Shown here: piece by piece, positions 24,012 to 32,000 of the stretch | Position numbering within the stretch: the stretch's first letter is position 1 | Layout: every line of letters begins with the position of its first letter | NCBI GenBank assembly: GCA_045568075.1 | Contig: JBJLBP010000001.1 | Coordinates: 660,001 to 692,000 of the forward strand | From: Candidatus Thalassarchaeaceae archaeon | GTDB taxonomy: Archaea; Thermoplasmatota; Poseidoniia; Poseidoniales; Thalassarchaeaceae | DNA length: 32,000 nucleotides | Direction of reading: 5' to 3' | The notes under the pieces: model-generated | Told to the model about the DNA's origin: nothing | Seen by the model: only the letters and a program-made list of their open reading frames with translations | Databases searched by the model: none | Made by a program: the position numbers and the translations under genes

Positions 24012-25252
24012 TCGACCCCTCCGTTCACTGCCGGAGCGACCTTCGTCATGAATGCCTCCATGTTGCGTTGGACTCTCTCTGAATCATGATTGAAGAAATC
24101 GAACCAGCACATCAACCGATCTTCGGGGTCGAATCGCTCACGAATCTGAGCGGCGACTTCCTCGACATTACCAATCACCGCATTGTCAGTCGCTCGCTCG
24201 ACCTTGGCCGGATCGATTGTCCCTTCCAATGCACTCCAGTAGGTTGTCAGCGCGGCCCTCGCCTCTTCGCGAGCCGCCGCGCTGCGCTCTTCCGCAGTCA
24301 GACCATTCTCATCGTTGACGAAGACCATGATTGTCCGTGGCATCATGTCGCGCGTCCATGAGCCTCCATTGGGGTGGTAATGCTCAGACATCCGTTGATG
24401 CGTTGATTCGATGATATGTGGAGGGGTAATTGAGAGATTGAAAACCTGCACAGGGGCCCACTGATTGACCTCCTCTTGCAAACTTGCATCGTGGCTTCCG
24501 AGTACTAGGTTCAACAGGTCTCGGCGCCATTTCTGAGGGATTGTTTTGATCTCTTCGAAGTTGTATCTCGGCGCGATTTCGATTGATTCAGGCGCCGAAT
24601 CAAGCCCATGCAATTGTTGCGCTGCTTGCTGAACTCGTTCCCAATCTTCGTCGGAGCGGAAGTTTGCTCGGGCGAGAATGGTTTTGCGAATCATCTCGGT
24701 GGAGATGACTTCGCCGTTTAGCAGCCGCAGAAAAATCTCTGATGCCTCTGCGAAGATTTGACCGCGTAGTGCTGGCCATGCTGCTTCTTCGACCATGTCG
24801 CGTGGGACGATGCCGTAGGGGCGAGCCATGAATTCGAAGCGGCCGGCCGAGAAACCGATGTGCAATTTACGCTGCTCTTCGGGATTCATGCCATGGAGAG
24901 CGAGGAAAGAGCCAACGCGCTCGGCTTGAGGGATTGGGCCACCGCTGGCCAGAATTGACATGACTGCACTTCCAACCTCTATCCTCTTCGTGCGCGCTAA
25001 CATTGCTGTTGCTACTTGAAAGAAGTCTGTGCAAAGACCAACTTCGCCGGGGTAATGTGGGACGACAGGCTTTGAGTTGCCCTTTTGCACTTCGGTTGAA
25101 AGATGAGCTTGGGCTACCCAGCCAATGCCGAATCCAAGATCGTCTGCCTTCTCGGCTTGGTCGAGGAAATTTGCGAACATCTCGCTCTCACTTGGAATAT
25201 AACCGGATGTGTCCGGCGTTTGCGAGATGGAGAAGAAGATGTCGAATTTCAT
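24008..25252 (-). CDS. LLM-class (luciferase-like) flavin-dependent monooxygenase/oxidoreductase
   Basis: MKFDIFFSISQ... N-terminus, DDLGFGIGWVAQAHLS, and a length of ~414 aa typical of the LLM fold. ATG 25252 is preceded by SD-like GAGGA; the track ORF starts at TTG 25261. Confidence 0.7.
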   Translation of the reverse strand: MKFDIFFSISQTPDTSGYIPSESEMFANFLDQAEKADDLGFGIGWVAQAHLSTEVQKGNSKPVVPHYPGEVGLCTDFFQVATAMLARTKRIEVGSAVMSILASGGPIPQAERVGSFLALHGMNPEEQRKLHIGFSAGRFEFMARPYGIVPRDMVEEAAWPALRGQIFAEASEIFLRLLNGEVISTEMIRKTILARANFRSDEDWERVQQAAQQLHGLDSAPESIEIAPRYNFEEIKTIPQKWRRDLLNLVLGSHDASLQEEVNQWAPVQVFNLSITPPHIIESTHQRMSEHYHPNGGSWTRDMMPRTIMVFVNDENGLTAEERSAAAREEARAALTTYWSALEGTIDPAKVERATDNAVIGNVEEVAAQIRERFDPEDRLMCWFDFFNHDSERVQRNMEAFMTKVAPAVNGGVE

Positions 25253-25264
25253 CGAAATCAATCC

Positions 25265-26062
25265 TCAGATCGACCGCATTCTACCGCCATCGACTGCGAG
25301 TGATACCCCACGGATGGCACTAGACGATGGGAGACAGAGATAGGTGACGGCTGCTGCTGTTTCCTGTGGATCGATTAGCCGTTGAATCGGAACTGAATCC
25401 ATCCAAGCGGTGCGAACTTCTTCGACTGACTTTCCAGTCTTGTCCGAAATCGAACCGGCCAGAGAACCGAGTCGGTCGGTATCGGTGAAACCCGGTAGGA
25501 TGTTGTTGATGGTGATGCATGGAGCGAATTCACGAGAGAGGGACTTGGACCACGAAGCCATTGCTCCCCTCAAAGTGTTGGACAATCCGATATTGTCAAT
25601 CGGTTCACGAACCGAGGTCGAAATGATATTCACAAAGCGCCCATAACCAATCTCTTCCATTCTGGGCGCAAGAATCTGAGCGATTGTGTGAGCTGCATGC
25701 AGGTGACGTGCGAACGGCCCGTCGAATTCGTCGAGTTTGTTTCCGAGCAAGGGTCCGCCGGGGGGACCTCCTGCATTATTGATGACAATCTCAACCATAC
25801 CGAGGCCAAGTACAGCCTCTCGAACGGCCTCGACATCTTCCAAATCAAGAACCAGCATCGAATGACCGGAACCATGCATTTCGTCAAGTAAGGTTTCGAG
25901 GTCTTCAGCCGAGCGCGCACAAGCGATTACCCGCGCTCCCGCGCGAGCAAGCATCAGAGCACTCGCCCTTCCAATCCCCTTGCTGGCCCCACAAACAAGT
26001 GCAGTCCGGCCAGCAAGTACATTCTCAGCAAAGGGGAAATCATCTCCAGTAAGTCCAGTCAT
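25265..26062 (-). CDS. Short-chain dehydrogenase/reductase (FabG-like), atypical catalytic motif
   Basis: Cofactor motif ALVCGASKGIGRA, NNAGG, and a strong SD GAGGAGG upstream. SNTLR sits at the expected YxxxK position (see finding). Confidence 0.8.
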   Translation of the reverse strand: MTGLTGDDFPFAENVLAGRTALVCGASKGIGRASALMLARAGARVIACARSAEDLETLLDEMHGSGHSMLVLDLEDVEAVREAVLGLGMVEIVINNAGGPPGGPLLGNKLDEFDGPFARHLHAAHTIAQILAPRMEEIGYGRFVNIISTSVREPIDNIGLSNTLRGAMASWSKSLSREFAPCITINNILPGFTDTDRLGSLAGSISDKTGKSVEEVRTAWMDSVPIQRLIDPQETAAAVTYLCLPSSSAIRGVSLAVDGGRMRSI

Positions 26063-26082
26063 CCATCTTCCTCCTCAATCTT

Positions 26083-26820
26083 TCAGTCGATGTAGTGCGC
26101 ATAAGTCTGTTCAGCGAGTTTATGATTGACTACTTCGAGAATATCAGGCCCAGCATTGCGGAAAGTGGGATGTTCGCTCTCTCCCTGAGGATGTCTCATC
26201 TCGTCCCAGCGCCCTGCTGAATAAGCCACCAGTGCCTCTTTCATTAGGGCACCTGCTAGAACCAGTGTTTCGTAACAGAGGTCTTCGTAGGTCATTCCTC
26301 GTGTCACTGCTACCTCGCGACGTAGAAGCAGTTCGCCAGTGTCGATGCCATTGTCGCAGAAATGGGTGGATGAACCGATTGGGATATCGTGGTAAACCGA
26401 CCACGCGGGACTCGCGCTGCCACGGCAATCTGGAAGCAATCCAGGGTGTGAATTGATGACTCCATCCGCGGGATGGTCGAGGATTTCGCCGCGGATGATT
26501 CTTGTGCCACCAAAGACGATCAGGTCAAGGTCGATTTCTCGGATATGAGGCATCACTTGTTCGGAGTTATGGATGGGGACTTCGATATGTGGGACGTCGA
26601 TCCCTTGTTCTGCCAAATCGGCCAATTGAGCCTCGATAGTTGGAGCGATATCGTTTCCTTCGATACGCTTGAGGAACTTCTCGCGCTCCTCATCACCGAT
26701 TGCAGAATCCTCGGTGATGACGATGGTTGGAACGAAGCCTTCTGAGAGGATTTGTCGAAGCATCTCGCGACCGTATGGGTGCTCTTTCAGCAGCAGATAC
26801 GCAAACTTTGGCTTCACCAT
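26083..26820 (-). CDS. Formyltransferase-family protein (Formyl_trans_N-like catalytic domain)
   Basis: 245 aa. Asn/His block VINSHPGLLPDCRGSASPAW and Asp block NGIDTGELL, which together form the N-H-D catalytic triad pattern of folate-dependent formyltransferases. Confidence 0.7.
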   Translation of the reverse strand: MVKPKFAYLLLKEHPYGREMLRQILSEGFVPTIVITEDSAIGDEEREKFLKRIEGNDIAPTIEAQLADLAEQGIDVPHIEVPIHNSEQVMPHIREIDLDLIVFGGTRIIRGEILDHPADGVINSHPGLLPDCRGSASPAWSVYHDIPIGSSTHFCDNGIDTGELLLRREVAVTRGMTYEDLCYETLVLAGALMKEALVAYSAGRWDEMRHPQGESEHPTFRNAGPDILEVVNHKLAEQTYAHYID

Positions 26821-26864
26821 GGTCCCCGCTTTGCGGAGGGGCCTTAGATACCCGTTCTTTTCGG

Positions 26865-28274
26865 TCAGGGAGTGACTCTTGATCGATCTCTGGGGAAGAG
26901 GACGACTTCTCGGACATTGCCCGCGCCTGTGAGTATCATCAACAAGCGGGCAACACCCAGTCCCCAGCCGGCGTGCGGTGGCGCGCCGTAGCGGAATCCG
27001 TCTGTGTAGAAAGTGAAGTCAGCAGGATTCAAATCCATGTTTCGTAGATTTTGCTCGAGAACATCCACACGATGTTCTCGCTGTCCACCAGAAGTCATCT
27101 CGTCGCGCCCGTAATTCAAATCGAATCCGCGCGACAGCTGGCCTCCCGTCGAGCCCTTCTCAGATTCATCATGATAGATGTAGAACGGTTTCATTGACAT
27201 CGGCCAGCGCGGCAAAAAGTGGAATCCGGGGTACTTGGCTGCGATGATATCGCAGTGATGGCTCTCGATATCTTCTCCCCACTCAATCTCGCCACCACCA
27301 TTCTGCACAATCTCAATCGCTTCACAATAAGGGATGCGAGGGAAGGGGAGGCTAGGGATTTCGACGGTAACCGGGTCTTGGTCTTGGCTTGCGCGGTAGG
27401 TGTTGATGGCTTCGAAGAGGTGTAGGTCATTGGCTGCAACCTGACTCCAGATGTGGTGGATCATGCGCTCCTGTACTCCCATGACGTCTTCGTCGTTCAT
27501 CCATGCTCCCTCGATATCGAAGGAGATGAATTCGTTCAAGTGACGGTAAGTGTCATGCTTCTCGGCGCGGAATGCGGGGCCGATTTCGAAGACGCGCTCG
27601 AGTCCTCCTAGAACTGCGAGTTGCTTGTAGAGTTGGGGTGACTGGCTGAGGAAAGCTGGTGTGTCGAAGTACATCATCGGGAAGAGATTGGTTCCTCCCT
27701 CACTCGCACTGGCGATGATTTTCGGCGAATTCATTTCGTTGAATCCTTCGCCGATGAGGTGGTCGCGGCCGTATTGTAGGACCTTACTACGGAGTTGGAA
27801 CATCGCATTGACATGGGCTCTGCGCAGGTCGAGGTGACGGTTGTCTAGGCGGATGTCGAGGCCTACGTTGACATCGTCGGTGATTCCTACTGGTAGTGGA
27901 GTTGCTGCTGCTGAGAGAATGTTTGCCTCAGAGACTGTAATTTCGTACTCTGGAGGTGGGGTTGGCTCGCCTTCCTTGGTCTTGGGCGGGCGCTTTTGGG
28001 CGACCACTCCTGTAACTTGAATGGTCGATTCACGAGAGGCTGATTGTACTGCTGCGAATGTATCCTCATCCATGTTGTCCTTCTTGAGGAATGCCTGGAT
28101 GTGTCCGGTTCCATCGCGTAGCATGACGAAAGCGATTGCACCACGGCCGCGGACTGTTTCCGCGTAACCAGCAATGGAGACTTCAGCGCCGATTAGATCA
28201 GCGCCACCGTTCACAACCTGGCCGATTGTATGCGTGCGGAATGCGGTGGGGTGCCAGTCGGCGCTGTCCCTCAT
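26865..28274 (-). CDS. aspS: Aspartate--tRNA ligase, archaeal/eukaryal type (class IIb)
   Basis: ATG 28274; the track uses GTG 28280. An OB-fold N-terminus. LSQSPQLYKQ is characteristic of AspRS rather than AsnRS. Motif 2 is GPAFRAEKHDTYRHLNEF, motif 3 is GAPPHAGWGLGVARLLM, and the protein ends in LFPRDRSRVTP. Confidence 0.85.
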   Translation of the reverse strand: MRDSADWHPTAFRTHTIGQVVNGGADLIGAEVSIAGYAETVRGRGAIAFVMLRDGTGHIQAFLKKDNMDEDTFAAVQSASRESTIQVTGVVAQKRPPKTKEGEPTPPPEYEITVSEANILSAAATPLPVGITDDVNVGLDIRLDNRHLDLRRAHVNAMFQLRSKVLQYGRDHLIGEGFNEMNSPKIIASASEGGTNLFPMMYFDTPAFLSQSPQLYKQLAVLGGLERVFEIGPAFRAEKHDTYRHLNEFISFDIEGAWMNDEDVMGVQERMIHHIWSQVAANDLHLFEAINTYRASQDQDPVTVEIPSLPFPRIPYCEAIEIVQNGGGEIEWGEDIESHHCDIIAAKYPGFHFLPRWPMSMKPFYIYHDESEKGSTGGQLSRGFDLNYGRDEMTSGGQREHRVDVLEQNLRNMDLNPADFTFYTDGFRYGAPPHAGWGLGVARLLMILTGAGNVREVVLFPRDRSRVTP

Positions 28275-28367
28275 GACCACGGCGTTCGGACTTCGATTTA
28301 TGAATCGAATCTAAGACTGGCTTGACGTCAGGCCAATGCTTGAGTAGTCGAACGGCTCGGCGAAGTC

Positions 28368-29450
28368 ATGACTCACGAGAACATGTATTACCGGATGATG
28401 GGAAATACCGGTATTCAGGTATCGGTTCTTTCGTATGGATTCTGGGCGACTTACGGCGTCAAGGATCGACTATCAGGTGATGCTGGAGTCGAGACTGCTA
28501 AGGAATTGATGAGTATCGCGCGCGAAGCTGGAGTAAACTGCTTCGATCACGCCGAAGCATACGGTAATCCCAATGGCGAGGCAGAACGAATCTTCGGTGC
28601 TGCTCTCAAACAATTGCAACATGAAAACCCAGATCTCTGGCGCCGCTCAGAATTGGTCATCACCACGAAAATCTACTGGGGTGGACTGGGTGTTAATGAG
28701 TCCGGACTTTCGGTGAAGCATTGCCGTGAAGGGATGGATAAGTGCTTGCAGCGATTGCAACTCGATTATGTCGACATGGTCTTCGCTCACCGCCCTGACC
28801 CATTGACTCCAACTGCTACTGTGGTTCGTGCAATGACCGACCTAATCCGTAACGGGAGTGCCACGTCTTGGGGAACAAGCGAATGGTCTGCTCAGCAAAT
28901 TACCGAGGCCTTCTGGATTGCGAGAATGGAGGGCCTCGAGCCACCACAGTTCGAACAGGCGCAATACAATATGCTTCATCGTCAGCGCTTCGAGGAGGAG
29001 TATTTCCCTCTCTATCGGCCGCCTTATTCCCTTGGGACAACGATCTGGAGTCCTCTACGCTCTGGCTTCTTGACGGGAAAATATCTGGATGGAATCCCAG
29101 AGGACTCACGGCCGACACAGGATGGCTATGATTGGTTGCTTGAGGATATTGAGGAACGTCGAGAACGGGGAGAATTCGAGGTTGTCCGTGGCTTGATGAC
29201 TTTCGCTAAGAAGAAGGGTTGCACGCCTGCGCAGTTGGCGCTGGCGTGGTGCTTGAAGAATCAGAATGTCTCGACGATTTTGGTTGGAGCAACGACTGCA
29301 GATCAATTGCGCGAGAATCTGGCCTGCATCGATGTGGCCAAGGATTTGACCGATGGGGAGATGGAGATTCTTGAGCAGATTCTCGGTAACAAACCAGCTG
29401 GATGGATAGGTCCGGGCGGGGCAGGAAGCCGCCAAATCAAAACTCTCTGA
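28368..29450 (+). CDS. Aldo/keto reductase (Kv-beta-subunit-like subfamily)
   Basis: YYRMMGNTGIQVSVLSYGFWATYG N-terminus, FDHAEAYG (catalytic Asp/Tyr region), DMVFAHRPD, and TSEWSAQQI. 360 aa. Confidence 0.85.
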   Translation: MTHENMYYRMMGNTGIQVSVLSYGFWATYGVKDRLSGDAGVETAKELMSIAREAGVNCFDHAEAYGNPNGEAERIFGAALKQLQHENPDLWRRSELVITTKIYWGGLGVNESGLSVKHCREGMDKCLQRLQLDYVDMVFAHRPDPLTPTATVVRAMTDLIRNGSATSWGTSEWSAQQITEAFWIARMEGLEPPQFEQAQYNMLHRQRFEEEYFPLYRPPYSLGTTIWSPLRSGFLTGKYLDGIPEDSRPTQDGYDWLLEDIEERRERGEFEVVRGLMTFAKKKGCTPAQLALAWCLKNQNVSTILVGATTADQLRENLACIDVAKDLTDGEMEILEQILGNKPAGWIGPGGAGSRQIKTL

Positions 29451-29494
29451 CGCGAGGTCACATGCCCGCTGTCTCGCAGGGTCAATGAGTGGTT

Positions 29495-30307
29495 TCATTC
29501 TTCTTCCGAGGAAGCAATCTTTCCTGCAATTAGGAGGAATGCTGTGTGTCCCATCGGCTGGTTGCCGGGGCGAACTCCGCCCTTCGCGGCTTTCGACCAG
29601 CGGCGTTCGATCATTTCTCCAGCAAATTCGACTACGAGGCCCTCTTCTTCGACCGCGTTCCACGACTTTTCGAGTTGCGCGGTCGTTGGACAATAACAGG
29701 CTAGGCGACCACCCGTTTTGACCGTGGACGCAATCTCTGGAACCACTGTCCACGGCTCTGCCATATCGATGATTGCGGCGTCGAGTTGTTCACAGATTCC
29801 TGCGACTTCACCGGCCGCCTCAGACAACCCCATTTCAAGCAGATGCCAGTCTGGAAATTCGGGTGCGAATTCGGCCATTCGTTCCATGTTATTTCGCCCA
29901 ACAGCCGCATGTTCAGGACGCACCTCGACAGAAATCAAGCAGCCCTTAGAACCCATCACATTGGCAAGGTGCATCGCCAGTCCGGCGGAGCCGTGGCCGC
30001 CTTCCAGTACGCGGCTTCCAACACCAATTCCCATCCAAGAAATTAGAAATCCAGAATCTTTGATTCCGATTGTCTGTGCCCTTCGTTGCATATTGCGGCG
30101 CGCCTCCGGCAGCGCCGCGTCGACGATGGTCAGAGACTTCTGACCGACAGTGATCCGGTCGCCGATTGAATACCCTTCCAAAAGCTGCGCAGCATCGAAG
30201 CGACCGAGCCCCTTCACCTTCAATTCCCCAGGCACTCGGTTGAGCAAGTATGCCCGCCCGTCGTCTTCACGGAGAGCCACCCAATTTGGGGTCTGGTCGG
30301 TAGTCAT
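29495..30307 (-). CDS. trmI: tRNA (adenine-N1)-methyltransferase (TrmI / Trm61-GCD14 family)
   Basis: SAM motif VLEGGHGSAGLAMHLA, LISVEVRPEHAAVGRNN, DAAIIDMAEPW, GGRLACYCPTTAQ, and the C-terminal MGHTAFLLIAGK. Confidence 0.8.
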   Translation of the reverse strand: MTTDQTPNWVALREDDGRAYLLNRVPGELKVKGLGRFDAAQLLEGYSIGDRITVGQKSLTIVDAALPEARRNMQRRAQTIGIKDSGFLISWMGIGVGSRVLEGGHGSAGLAMHLANVMGSKGCLISVEVRPEHAAVGRNNMERMAEFAPEFPDWHLLEMGLSEAAGEVAGICEQLDAAIIDMAEPWTVVPEIASTVKTGGRLACYCPTTAQLEKSWNAVEEEGLVVEFAGEMIERRWSKAAKGGVRPGNQPMGHTAFLLIAGKIASSEEE

Positions 30308-30380
30308 CTGAGTGAATGCGGGAGCGTCCTCGATTCAATACCTTCGATTGAAAATTTCAATTTTAAAAAACAACATATTC

Positions 30381-30402
30381 CGACCCTAAAGGGTCGTTTT
30401 TT
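30381..30402 (+). other. Stem-loop followed by T6 (intrinsic-terminator-like) inside a divergent promoter region
   Basis: cgaccc-taaa-gggtcg followed by tttttt. No plus-strand gene lies upstream of it, so its role is unclear. Confidence 0.3.
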
Positions 30403-30455
30403 GCAAGAATCCGAAGCGGGGTAGCATTATACCTCGCCAAAAACTCGCGAAATCG

Positions 30456-32000
30456 ATGACCGCAGCGCAGCAATTGAACAAACTACCATCTCTCATGATG
30501 GCCTTCCTGATGCTGACCATGTCAGCTGTTGGATATTTTGCCATCGAAGAGCAGAGTGCAGAGAAGGAAGAATTAGTCGCTGAGGACATGCCTCGATTCG
30601 CAACGAGCCCTGGACATTCGGTCTTTGGTGAATATGTCGGAGCCCATTGGTGTGGACCTTGTATGGGAAGTGCTTCTCCATCATTGGTCAACCTGAAGAA
30701 TAGTAATTCAGAGGATTTCACCTACGTGTCTTTCTTCGAAGGAGCTTCGACTGGCTGGCCATCCGATGGCCCGGTCAACAGGCAGAACCACGTAATGGCT
30801 AATTCAGGCGGATATCCGACTTTCGCTTTCGCTGACGAGACCTCCGGTTCATGCTACAAGGTTGGTTCCTCAGGATCGAATTACTACGATGCGGACTTCA
30901 CTACAGGTGGATGTATGCACGCTGATTCCAGCGATTTCAGTCTTGAAATGGGTATTGCTCTTGACTCCGCTGGAGATACCGTAACTACCTCTTTGGAGAT
31001 GACATATCTCGGTGCAGGCGATATTACGGTGTTCGTTTACGGAGCGATTACTGAGAAGGTGGGTGCAGAACCCTATGACGATGGAAGCAGCCCTCACCAT
31101 GTATGGCGAGAGTGGTTACTTTCAGATACCAACGATTTCACCGAGATCACTCTGACTGCAAATCAGGCTGAGACCTTGACTTGGGATAATCCACTCAGCA
31201 CTGTTCGCCCAGGTGGTGGATATACACAATGGGAGAACTTCTGGCCAGTATTTGCCCTAATGGATGGAGATTACTCGACATACAACGAGGTCTACGCTGC
31301 AATCGATTTTGACATGGGTCCATTAATCGATGTTGGAATCACCGACTTCGATGCTCGCAATTCAAACGACAACACTGGCTTCGTTGCCGGAGACATTCTC
31401 GAATTGGATGTAAATATCGCCAACAACGGTGCCGAAGCGTACAATGATGGTGGTAGCATCGACATTTACCACCTAACTGGTGGAGAGGAGATACACCTCG
31501 GTGGAATTTCGATCAATCAACTTGGAGTAGGCGGAACTCAGTCCTACTCGGCTACATTCGATACTAGCGATTTGACTCTGCTTCCGTCTGGCACTTCCTC
31601 CTTCCGTGCCCGCCTCTCAGGCCTGACTGGAGACAGGGTCGTTACCAATGATTACGAAGACGACCTCGCGTTGCACGATATGCCTCCAGTTCCTAACCGC
31701 CCTGCTGCGGTTGGTGCTGCTAGTGTTGAGCGCGGCACGCCGATTCAGTTTGAATCGACCGCTCTTCCTAACGATCTAGTCGACGAGATGTCGACAATGA
31801 CCGCTGTGATGGAATACTCAACAAGCGGTTCGGAGACATGGGATACTTCCTGGATTTCAGCAATAGATCTAATCGGTAGCGGCGGAAATGCACGCTACAT
31901 ACACACTATCTCTGCTCCAATGAATGCCCAGTCAGGAACTTACGATATTCGCATGCAGTGGACAGATGCAGGCGGCCAGTCATCTGATTGGGAAGTAACA
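30456..32000 (+). CDS. Secreted/anchored thioredoxin-fold (WCGPC) protein with CARDB/Ig-like modules; N-terminal 515 codons, 3' end beyond the window
   Basis: Absent from the track because the frame is open to the window end. ATG 30456 is the first ATG after the in-frame TAA at 30387. Signal/anchor LPSLMMAFLMLTMSAVGYFAI. Thioredoxin active-site context VFGEYVGAHWCGPCMGSASP. A CARDB-like module lies at ~31326-31630 (DVGITDFDARNSNDNTGFVAGDILELDVNIANNGAEAYNDGGSIDIYHL). Track ORF 30386..30721(-) is its shadow. Confidence 0.8.
   Translation, partial: MTAAQQLNKLPSLMMAFLMLTMSAVGYFAIEEQSAEKEELVAEDMPRFATSPGHSVFGEYVGAHWCGPCMGSASPSLVNLKNSNSEDFTYVSFFEGASTGWPSDGPVNRQNHVMANSGGYPTFAFADETSGSCYKVGSSGSNYYDADFTTGGCMHADSSDFSLEMGIALDSAGDTVTTSLEMTYLGAGDITVFVYGAITEKVGAEPYDDGSSPHHVWREWLLSDTNDFTEITLTANQAETLTWDNPLSTVRPGGGYTQWENFWPVFALMDGDYSTYNEVYAAIDFDMGPLIDVGITDFDARNSNDNTGFVAGDILELDVNIANNGAEAYNDGGSIDIYHLTGGEEIHLGGISINQLGVGGTQSYSATFDTSDLTLLPSGTSSFRARLSGLTGDRVVTNDYEDDLALHDMPPVPNRPAAVGAASVERGTPIQFESTALPNDLVDEMSTMTAVMEYSTSGSETWDTSWISAIDLIGSGGNARYIHTISAPMNAQSGTYDIRMQWTDAGGQSSDWEVT

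Noticed and set aside
21301-25252. LLM plus ALDH interpreted as a lux-type bioluminescence system or a LadA-type alkane hydroxylase system
   Set aside because: There are no luxC/D/E-like or second luciferase-subunit genes. The LLM N-terminus does not resemble LadA as I recall it. I retain this only as one of several hypotheses for the operon, not as a call.
26083-28274. aspS next to a formyltransferase read as evidence for tRNA-dependent (aminoacyl-tRNA) formylation
   Set aside because: The idea rests on adjacency alone. A 44-nt spacer with an imperfect hairpin separates the two genes. The 245-aa protein is shorter than Fmt-type enzymes, which have a tRNA-binding C-terminal domain. Its tight coupling is to the downstream SDR/LLM genes instead.
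29106-29753. 215-aa minus-strand ORF in the track
   Set aside because: It is antisense to the well-supported aldo/keto reductase 3' end and overlaps trmI out of frame. The translation is Arg/Ser/Pro-rich low complexity with no recognisable motif, so it is a shadow ORF.

Overview
Gene-dense 32-kb chromosomal segment, roughly 90% coding. The informational genes point to an archaeon: an NMD3 homolog, the exosome cap subunit Csl4, an archaeal/eukaryal-type AspRS (QSPQLYKQ block), TrmI, a METTL5-like methyltransferase and a COG1031-type radical SAM/HhH protein. About 52% GC in hand-counted lines, a 1,689-codon surface protein, secreted peptidase/thioredoxin-like proteins and bacterial-type FabH and Ni-SOD suggest a marine planktonic euryarchaeote (MG-II/Poseidoniales-like). 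That placement is inference only. I call 28 protein-coding ORFs. Two are edge-truncated ORFs missing from the supplied track: an S8 subtilisin at 1..1350(-) and a WCGPC thioredoxin-like/CARDB protein at 30456..32000(+). Two are sub-60-aa ORFs that I found by hand. I recognised no rRNA, tRNA, CRISPR array, transposase or integrase. Most worth a second look: (1) a Csl4 exosome subunit fused to a CxxC-x17-CxxC zinc ribbon, an RRM domain and an RGG tail, flanked by the METTL5-like methyltransferase and a radical SAM/HhH protein with a CX6CX2C cysteine triad; (2) a tightly coupled six-gene minus-strand operon (formyltransferase, atypical SDR, LLM flavin monooxygenase, asparaginase-II-type amidohydrolase, ALDH with an N-terminal CCxSGCxxC module, KAS III) that matches no pathway I know; (3) the giant RCC1 / Ca-binding / ephrin-receptor-like-repeat surface protein with a higher-order repeat structure and a WW-like cytoplasmic end; (4) a sodN-sodX nickel SOD pair next to a sharp AT-rich compositional break. 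All functional calls rest on motif recognition in the translated ORFs. No database search was run.
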